DNA from: Candidatus Poribacteria bacterium
Lineage (GTDB): Bacteria > Poribacteria > WGA-4E > WGA-3G
Assembly: GCA_964291315.2 (NCBI GenBank)
Contig: OZ219753.1
Coordinates: 1,440,001-1,504,000 of the forward strand
Direction of reading: 5' to 3'
DNA: 64,000 nt
The notes below the pieces were generated by a model. It was not told the DNA's origin. It made no database searches and saw only the letters and a program-made list of their open reading frames with translations. Every line of letters starts with the position of its first letter. Within the stretch, counting starts at the first letter, position 1. Positions 57,228 through 64,000 of the stretch are shown in pieces. The translations under genes were made by a program, and so were the position numbers.

Positions 57228-57256
57228 ATTTTAGCAGAGATGCCTTTTTCTGTCAA
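57228..57256 (-). promoter_or_regulatory. Sigma70-type promoter for lnt-prfB
   Basis: TTGACAgaaaaaggcatctcTGcTAAAAT (17-nt spacer). Confidence 0.6.
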
Positions 57257-57432
57257 CATGAAAACGAACCGCATTCGGAGGCATTTACAGTAAAACCCAA
57301 ACCTCCATACAAAGTGACCACTTTCCAACTGCCAACGCTGCTTTTTTTATAGACAATTTTCGCTGTTGCTGATAGGCTTTACTTCACTCTAAGTATCTCT
57401 AATTTAAGGTAACAGCTCCATTGGAGAAATTT

Positions 57433-58188
57433 ATGCAAATAAGACCGAATCGAGTTAAACAGAAGTTAGCAGCTGGCGATCTCGCCCATGTTATTTCAGG
57501 ATTAACAAGCGCCGATGACATAGATACCTTCGGGCCGAGCGGCTTCGACGGTGTCTGGTTGGAAGGCGAACACGGGCCGGTTGATGCGGGACTACTTGGT
57601 GATCTGACACGTGCATGCGACCTCTGGGGGATCACCCCCATCACACGGGTTAACCGCAACGACCAAGGACTTATCTATCGGACATTAGATTGCGGATCAA
57701 TGGGAATCTGTGTCCCCCACGTCAATACGAAAGCGGACGCACAAAACGTTGTGGACGGCGCGAAGTTCGCACCTATCGGACACCGCGGCATGTTCACCAG
57801 TCGTCAAGGCTACGGTGTAAACAACTATTTTGATGTCGCTAATTCGCAAACGCTTGTCATTGTTTTGATTGAGGATATCCTCGCTGTCAGCAACCTTGAC
57901 GAGATTCTTGCTGTCGATCATATTGACGTGTTTTTTGTTGCACCATCAGATTTGGCGACTTCTATGGGATATATCGGGAATCTTACACATCCAGAGGTCC
58001 AGCGTACAATTGACGCTGCCCTTGCTCGCATCCAAGAAGAAGGACGAGTCGCTGGGACTTTGACAACCAACGCCACTGTCGAAAAATATGTGAAGGCCGG
58101 GGTACAGTTTCTGATGACCAGTGTGAACGGATGGATTACGTCCGGGGCAGCAGCATTTAAAGCAGCTGCGGAAAATGCAAAACCCTGA
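57433..58188 (+). CDS. HpcH/HpaI aldolase family protein
   Basis: GFDGVWLEGEHG, LDCGSMGICVPHV, KFAPIGHRG, IEDILAV, FVAPSDL. Confidence 0.9.
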   Translation: MQIRPNRVKQKLAAGDLAHVISGLTSADDIDTFGPSGFDGVWLEGEHGPVDAGLLGDLTRACDLWGITPITRVNRNDQGLIYRTLDCGSMGICVPHVNTKADAQNVVDGAKFAPIGHRGMFTSRQGYGVNNYFDVANSQTLVIVLIEDILAVSNLDEILAVDHIDVFFVAPSDLATSMGYIGNLTHPEVQRTIDAALARIQEEGRVAGTLTTNATVEKYVKAGVQFLMTSVNGWITSGAAAFKAAAENAKP

Positions 58189-58349
58189 GTTGTTTTAAAG
58201 CGGCAATGTGATGCATTTCTTAGGTAAAACTGACCGATGAAGCCGGGCTTGAAAGAGAATATCTACCACGGCATTTTCCGGCCTGTGTGTCAATCTAAGC
58301 TGCTTACATTGTTACACCACAAATATTGATAAATTTTAGATAAACGGAT

Positions 58350-58907
58350 ATGAAAATCTATACAAAATTCGGTGACGCTGGTGAGAGTGCACTGTATGGC
58401 GGAAACAAGTTAAGGAAAGATGCACTACACTTTGAAGCGATTGGCACTGTTGACGAACTCAACGCCCATATCGGCTATGCTCAAACGTTGATTGGCGATC
58501 CCAATCTTTCTGAATTGTTGTCACGTGTCCAACATCATCTCTTTGCAGTTGGGGCAGATTTAGCAACGCCCACAACACATACAAAATCTGCTGATATGCG
58601 AATATCAGAAGACTTCACGACAGAGATGGAGGCTGCGATAGACACACTTTCTGCAGAAATACCACCGCTGAAAAATTTTATTCTCCCCGGCGGAGGTGCA
58701 GCCGGTGCTATTTTACATATTGCGCGCGTCGTGTGCCGTCGAAGTGAACGGTGCGTCGTCCGGCTGGCGCATGAAACAGAGGTCAATGCCGAAATACTCC
58801 GAAGTTTAAATAGACTTTCAGACCTCCTATTTGTTCTCGCCCGCACGGTGAACTTCAGAGCGAACACTTCGGAACCGATCTGGGAAGGGCACACAAATTC
58901 CGAATAA
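58350..58907 (+). CDS. ATP:cob(I)alamin adenosyltransferase (PduO type)
   Basis: MKIYTKFGDAG, GTVDELN, FILPGG, ARVVCRRSER, LNRLSDLLF. Confidence 0.93.
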   Translation: MKIYTKFGDAGESALYGGNKLRKDALHFEAIGTVDELNAHIGYAQTLIGDPNLSELLSRVQHHLFAVGADLATPTTHTKSADMRISEDFTTEMEAAIDTLSAEIPPLKNFILPGGGAAGAILHIARVVCRRSERCVVRLAHETEVNAEILRSLNRLSDLLFVLARTVNFRANTSEPIWEGHTNSE

Positions 58908-59027
58908 TTGCTCCGATACCTAACTAACAGATAGCACGGAAAACGGAGTCACGTCCATAAGCCCTGATTATTTTACAATTTTATAAACGTCTTTTGGATG
59001 TCCTTTCGAGTCGAGAGTTTACGCGGT

Positions 59028-60485
59028 CTAAACCGCATCAAACAGAGACGCTTGCATCGGCTTGCCTGTCCAAGGATTCGTCAACGGCGGCAACCTTAGC
59101 AGGACGTCCCAACGCTTCCCACAACTATAGTATTCCTCTATAGAAAAACACTGGATCGGAGCGTAAGTAGAAATACCCATTTCAATCGGAGGCAACTGGT
59201 GCTGCCAACGCTTCTGAGCCGTCTGCGCATCGCGGGTGATAAGGATGCCCATCGCAGCGTTATGATTGCGAATGGTTGTCTGCAGACGTTCATACTTCGA
59301 CTTTTGCTGTCCCTTTGCCCCGGTGACCTGCACTAATATCGCTCTCTGCTCCATATTGTCAGGTTTATCGCGCATCATGCCGAAGCCGTCGATGCCGTCG
59401 TCGGCTGTCTTCTTTGGATTTGCAGCGAACCCATCTATTAGGGATACTGCCCAGTCTTGAAATTTCAGGGGTGCTGTATCCGCCAATTGATATGCTGTTG
59501 GGGCATCGACGGGGACACCTAAGATGGGCATTGTAGGGAATCCGTTAGGTTTTAGGCGATAGTTATTGACGAGTTCTAAGGCGAAGGGTAGTATGTCTAT
59601 GCCTATAGCGTATCTGTTGTGCTTTTTTGCTGCTTCTATGGTTGTGCCGCATCCACAAAAGGGGTCTAAGACGATGTGGTTAGGATTGGAGGAGGCTTTG
59701 ATAATCCGTTCGTAGAGAGCCAGCGGCTTTTGCGTTGGATAACCAAGACGTTCTTTGGCTTGTGAATGTATAAGTGAAACTTCCCACACATTCCCCATGG
59801 CAACACCGTCGTGTTTTCTAATGTCCTTCATAAGCGTATTTTTATCCTGAGTCCACTTCCCATCCACTAAAACTCGCTTGTATTTATCTTTATGTGTTTT
59901 GGGCGAAAATTTTTCGTAGAGCTGATTGAAAACACATTGGTCGCCTCCATAATAGAGCAGAACATCATGGTTACTTTTGAAATTTTTACCCCCTTGACCG
60001 AATTTTCGGTAGAACCAAATGATCTCATTTCGGAAGTTTTTTATACCAAATATAGCATCCATTACGAGTTTTAGGTAATGACTGGCATACGGGTCGCAGT
60101 GTAGATAAATGCTTCCTGTGCTTTTTAGTATCCGATGCATTTCAAATAACCTTTCCGCCATATAAGAGGTATAGGAAAGCATCTTAGACTTCGGAATACA
60201 GAGATCAAACGCTTGTATCACCTTTGACGCAGGATTCGCAATCGCAGACTTTACACGCTCAACGCGTTCGGCTGACGCATCGTCCCAATCCCAGATATCA
60301 TCAAACGCTTTTATCTGTGGATCAATGTTCCGTAATCCGCTGCCTTTGAAGATGGTATTGTAGGTGCGGTTGGAATTGAAAGGCGGGTCGAGGCAGATCA
60401 GGTCTACAGCGTCCTCGGGAAAGTTGCTCATGATGTCGAGGCAGTCTCCATAGTATAATGTATTTGGGTCGAAACGTAGGTTCAT
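59028..60485 (-). CDS. Beta-class DNA methyltransferase fused to a C-terminal Mrr-like endonuclease-fold domain
   Basis: LDPPFNS, YPTQKPLAL, LDPFCGCGTT; C-terminal FQDWAV...DDGIDG...LVQVTG. Confidence 0.85.
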   Translation of the reverse strand: MNLRFDPNTLYYGDCLDIMSNFPEDAVDLICLDPPFNSNRTYNTIFKGSGLRNIDPQIKAFDDIWDWDDASAERVERVKSAIANPASKVIQAFDLCIPKSKMLSYTSYMAERLFEMHRILKSTGSIYLHCDPYASHYLKLVMDAIFGIKNFRNEIIWFYRKFGQGGKNFKSNHDVLLYYGGDQCVFNQLYEKFSPKTHKDKYKRVLVDGKWTQDKNTLMKDIRKHDGVAMGNVWEVSLIHSQAKERLGYPTQKPLALYERIIKASSNPNHIVLDPFCGCGTTIEAAKKHNRYAIGIDILPFALELVNNYRLKPNGFPTMPILGVPVDAPTAYQLADTAPLKFQDWAVSLIDGFAANPKKTADDGIDGFGMMRDKPDNMEQRAILVQVTGAKGQQKSKYERLQTTIRNHNAAMGILITRDAQTAQKRWQHQLPPIEMGISTYAPIQCFSIEEYYSCGKRWDVLLRLPPLTNPWTGKPMQASLFDAV

Positions 60486-61100
60486 ACAGCAAATCTCCTG
60501 TGTATAACATCTATTGTCGGGTTTAGGTTTCGGGGATGCCCGCGGCTCTCTATGGGGGTCGTCTTTTCCACGTCGCCTGCCATTTCTGATACGCGAAAAA
60601 AGTTGTCCATTTTGCAGAAAAGTGTTATCATAAACATTGGAAATTCCTTATCGATTTGATTTGGATTAATGATCAAAGCGTTTGCGTCTATAGGACGTGG
60701 CATGCCAGAGCAGATAGCAGCTCCGCCACGGCAGAGAGAGAACCTTCTAAAACGTTCCTCGGTTGGGAACGCTAAAGTGTTAAGTCGGACGCGGAGGCTT
60801 AGGTGGGATTTACGCAAAGACAACGGAATAGCAAAAACAAGCAAAACAGGAGCAAATAGATGCCCGCGCGAAGGCACCTGATAATGTGTATTCGCGTAAG
60901 TTTTGTTAGAAATAGTGAGGGAACAATCGAGATGTGTTAACTTTAAGTTAAATTTAGCGGGGGGGGTAATAACCGATTGTTAAAGCCGATGCATTGACGA
61001 AACAGCAGAAGGCGTTAACTTTCCACAAGGCGCAGCAGCTGCCTCGGAGAGTCTTTCGCTTTACTTTCTTATCTGTAAAATTAACAACACGGTTATTCAT
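60482..61100 (-). other. Putative leader ORF split at a C8 tract (61100-60954 plus a frame open 60979-60482), ending in an ATGA overlap with the methyltransferase
   Basis: MNNRVV...FCCF...GYYPPR-stop; removing one C joins it to the frame ending ...RRFAV-TGA at the MTase ATG. Coding status unproven. Confidence 0.35.
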
Positions 61101-61222
61101 TGTTGTTCGTTACCATCTTCAATGTAGGACGCTTAGTTGGTTTCGACCAACTTTCAGGTTAGCATAAATTAAACATTGTCTGAAACGTGAATATTAACAT
61201 TAGACGATTATCAAGTTTTTCA

Positions 61223-61251
61223 ATTGTATCACAGATTGACCTATATTGCAA
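61223..61251 (-). promoter_or_regulatory. Sigma70-type promoter upstream of the leader/methyltransferase unit
   Basis: TTGCAAtataggtcaatctgTGaTACAAT (17-nt spacer, extended -10). Confidence 0.55.
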
Positions 61252-61304
61252 AGTTTTTCTTCTTGTTTTTATGTTCAAAGCGACCTTTACAAAAGGAGTG
61301 TAAA

Positions 61305-62075
61305 ATGATGACTTTAAGATTAGCAAACCTATTTTTGATAATTTTTATCTTGCTTATTGCTGTTGCCGGGTGTGAGAAGGCACAAAAAGTGGCGATAGAC
61401 ATTATGCCAACAGATCCCGCTATGGATCAGAGTATGAGCGACACAGAAGCGATTCCGGTGAAGTTACTCTGGCTCATCGACTATCCGGAGGGTGGGAAAG
61501 ACGCTTATATCGCTTGGGTGGCATCTATCGCAGCAATATTGCAAGCCCCGGAAGAGGTCGTTCGGATCAGATCGTACGACAATAGCGATGTAGGGGTGAG
61601 TCCGAATCGGCTTGTTGAGTTTGAATTTAAGAGTTTCCTTGACGCGGCAACCTACCTGAACCGTCCAGAGATTGCCGCTATTCTTGAAGACCTTCCGAAT
61701 CGCTCAAGTGATACCACTGTACATACATACATTTTGCGTTCAGACTATTCAAAAGATACGGAAGGCGAGTGGATGGTAAAAACCATTAATCTTGTTGACT
61801 ATCCGCTTGGTGGGAAAGAAGCGTATCTGGAATGGGTTGCCTCCATTTCTTCGACACTTATCGAACCTGCTCAATTGAAAGCGATAGCCTCTTATGACAA
61901 CTATTACGGGCAATCTCCACACCGACTCGTCGAATTCGAGTTTTCAAGTCGCGCGGACTTTGATACGTATGAACAGTTGGAAGAGATTCAGGCCATTCAA
62001 AATGAGCTCGACAACCAAACTGGCGGCTGGACCCTGCATACATTTGAGTTGCGATCAGATTATGTTAAGCAGTAG
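61305..62075 (+). CDS. Putative lipoprotein with two tandem EthD/Dabb-like domains
   Basis: AAGGAG RBS; lipobox IAVAG-C; internal repeat DYPxGGKxAYxxWVASI...SYDN...SPxRLVEFEF...LRSDYxK twice. Confidence 0.7.
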   Translation: MMTLRLANLFLIIFILLIAVAGCEKAQKVAIDIMPTDPAMDQSMSDTEAIPVKLLWLIDYPEGGKDAYIAWVASIAAILQAPEEVVRIRSYDNSDVGVSPNRLVEFEFKSFLDAATYLNRPEIAAILEDLPNRSSDTTVHTYILRSDYSKDTEGEWMVKTINLVDYPLGGKEAYLEWVASISSTLIEPAQLKAIASYDNYYGQSPHRLVEFEFSSRADFDTYEQLEEIQAIQNELDNQTGGWTLHTFELRSDYVKQ

Positions 62076-62129
62076 GGCATCTCAGCTTATTTACCTAAGT
62101 GAATATCTCTAACCCGCACGAAAATTTGT

Positions 62130-62158
62130 TTGACACCAAATAGCAAGTGTGCTAAATT
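62130..62158 (+). promoter_or_regulatory. Sigma70-type promoter for the PhyH gene
   Basis: TTGACA-17-TAAATT with upstream TG. Confidence 0.5.
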
Positions 62159-62217
62159 GATGACTAACTTTTATTCAATAATCTTCGGACTCTTGTAGAT
62201 AATAGGAGGATAGGCGT

Positions 62218-63006
62218 ATGAGCGACCTGCAGTTGCAACAGTACCTCTTCGACGTGCAAGGCTACCTCGTCATTGAGGATGTCCTAAGTCCAGCAGCGGT
62301 TGCAACGCTCAACCAGCACATTGACGATCAACAGCTCCCGGTGCCTGGAAAAGCTCAAAGATTTGGAAGCGCGCCGGACGGTCCGGGGTTTCTACAATGG
62401 GGCACAGGATTTTGCGATCTGCTCGACCATCCTAAGCTGATGCCGATACTTCGATTCCGCTTAGGCGACTGCTTCCGCCTCGATCGGATTTACGGTATGT
62501 ACATGCGCGAAGGAATGCCGCGCGGGCAGCTCCATGCCGACTACGGGGCAACCTCTCCAACAGCCAAGGTAAAACCAGGGGAATACTACCCTTTCCGGGA
62601 TAACCAAATTCTTAATGGATTTGTGGTTGTGACCTATAATCTCGCAGACACCGGGCCAGAACACGGGGGGTTTTGCTGTATTCCCGGCAGCCATAAGAGC
62701 AATTTTAAGCTGCCACAGCAGATAGCCGATGCGCCTGAAGATTCCCCAGCTGTTATTGTTCCGAACGCCCCTGCCGGCTCTGCAATTCTGTTCACCGAGG
62801 CACTGACACACGGCACAGCAGCGTGGCGTGGGAAACACCAACGTCGGTCTCTGCTATATAAGTATTGCGTCTCACATATCGCCTGGAAGGGGCAGCGGGT
62901 TGCACAACCGGAGGGCATCGCGTTAACAGAACGTCAAAAGATTCTCTTCCGTGAACCTGCCGATCCGTATCGGCACTTCCCAGCCTTGTTTGATACAACG
63001 CAATAG
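62218..63006 (+). CDS. Phytanoyl-CoA dioxygenase (PhyH) family Fe(II)/2OG oxygenase
   Basis: FDVQGYLVIEDVLS, HAD (HxD), GGFCCIPGSHK, FTEALTHG. Confidence 0.88.
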   Translation: MSDLQLQQYLFDVQGYLVIEDVLSPAAVATLNQHIDDQQLPVPGKAQRFGSAPDGPGFLQWGTGFCDLLDHPKLMPILRFRLGDCFRLDRIYGMYMREGMPRGQLHADYGATSPTAKVKPGEYYPFRDNQILNGFVVVTYNLADTGPEHGGFCCIPGSHKSNFKLPQQIADAPEDSPAVIVPNAPAGSAILFTEALTHGTAAWRGKHQRRSLLYKYCVSHIAWKGQRVAQPEGIALTERQKILFREPADPYRHFPALFDTTQ

Positions 63007-63150
63007 ACGGGAGCAGAACAACTTCGTATCTATTGTCTGGGAAAGCAGAACGTATATGCCAAATTTCAGGCAGAACCAATTACAGAGAATAGTAACTGAA
63101 TGCCGGATCCTGAACGACTAAATTTAAAACCCAAACGTTTGTCTGAGAAT

Positions 63151-64000
63151 ATGCAACATCAGGAGCAACTTTTTTTACAACTGCTGGAGAAAGCGGACGA
63201 TTTGCTAACTCGCTTTGGATCCCTCCGGCCACATCCATCGAATGCAAGGCTTGATGACTATATCGCCTTTCGATGGCGAGCACAGAACGGATCAGGCCAC
63301 CTCATTCCGGTCAAGCACCCGAACCTCGTGGGTGTGTCCGATCTGATTGGAATAGAAACGCAGTCCTCCGAGCTCGATAGGAACACGCGTCAGTTTCTAC
63401 AAGGCTTGCCCGCTAACCATGTCTTGTTATGGGGCGATCGTGGCACCGGAAAATCTTCACTTGTAAAGGGGATGCTGGCGCGCTATGCCGATAACGGACT
63501 TCGGTTAATTGGTGCCACTAAAGAGGGGCTTGCCCACCTTCAAGAAATTGCCGAAATGGTGTGGGAGCGCCCTGAACGTTACATCCTTTTCTGTGACGAC
63601 CTCGCCTTCAACGAAGACGAACCGGAGTATCGAGAGCTCAAAGCGATGTTAGAAGGCGGTATTTCTGCCTGTCCAGATAACATGCTCATCTATGCCACCT
63701 CAAACCGACGGCATCTAATGCCTCGACAGGTCGGAGACAATCGCTTCCCTCAAAATGACGAAGATGAATTGTATCCGCGTGAGGCGACAGAGGAAAAGGT
63801 CTCTTTAAGCGATCGATTCGGATTGCGTCTCGCTTTCCAACGAATCTCGCAGGATACGTACTTGCAGATTGTCTCACACTATGCCGGAAAACGCGGGCTT
63901 TCTGTGTCGACAGCGACGCTACACCGCGCAGCCCTTGAGTGGGAAGCCTCCTCAAGTGGGCGTTCAGGACGCGTCGCCTATCAATTTGTTGCAGACCTCA
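63151..64000 (+). CDS. DUF815 family AAA+ ATPase (3' truncated by window)
   Basis: Not in the ORF track because it has no stop in the window. Reads AFRWR...NTRQFLQGLPANHVLLWGDRGTGKSSLVK...FCDDLAF...YATSNRRHL...EEKVSLSDRFGL. Alternative in-frame ATG at 63100. Confidence 0.88.
   Translation, partial: MQHQEQLFLQLLEKADDLLTRFGSLRPHPSNARLDDYIAFRWRAQNGSGHLIPVKHPNLVGVSDLIGIETQSSELDRNTRQFLQGLPANHVLLWGDRGTGKSSLVKGMLARYADNGLRLIGATKEGLAHLQEIAEMVWERPERYILFCDDLAFNEDEPEYRELKAMLEGGISACPDNMLIYATSNRRHLMPRQVGDNRFPQNDEDELYPREATEEKVSLSDRFGLRLAFQRISQDTYLQIVSHYAGKRGLSVSTATLHRAALEWEASSSGRSGRVAYQFVADL

Overview
A 64-kb bacterial chromosomal segment with no rRNA, tRNA, CRISPR array or transposase that I could recognise. 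It is probably from Candidatus Poribacteria or a similar diderm lineage. This is an inference from the lamin-tail and LamG proteins with a C-terminal '(K/H)L(T/S)xxWGxxK' motif, a Uma2 protein with a coiled-coil repeat tail, and the PhyH, sulfatase and Gfo/Idh/MocA genes. Housekeeping content: modABC, coaE, an MntR/DtxR-Vit1-TroABCD metal operon, sugar-catabolic enzymes, grpE-dnaJ-prmA, and a lnt-prfB(+1 frameshift)-lysS-lolC/E-lolD-ilvE-bamA-skp-lpxD envelope cluster. Highlights: (1) a type III-like R-M locus with one Res and two near-identical Mod genes that differ mainly in the target-recognition region and bracket a nucleotidyltransferase/small-protein pair; (2) two unlinked loci sharing the architecture sigma70 promoter, then a long Cys-rich leader ORF with an ATTAC8 homopolymer, then overlap with the downstream start codon; the leader is in frame at one locus and frameshifted at the other, making it a candidate phase-variable translational-coupling switch; (3) adjacent archaeal-type ether-lipid genes (DGGGP and GGGP synthase) just downstream of lpxD; (4) smaller items, including a candidate sRNA, a leaderless coaE, stop-codon-anchored palindromic repeats and gene remnants. 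All calls come from manual motif reading; no database searches were run.
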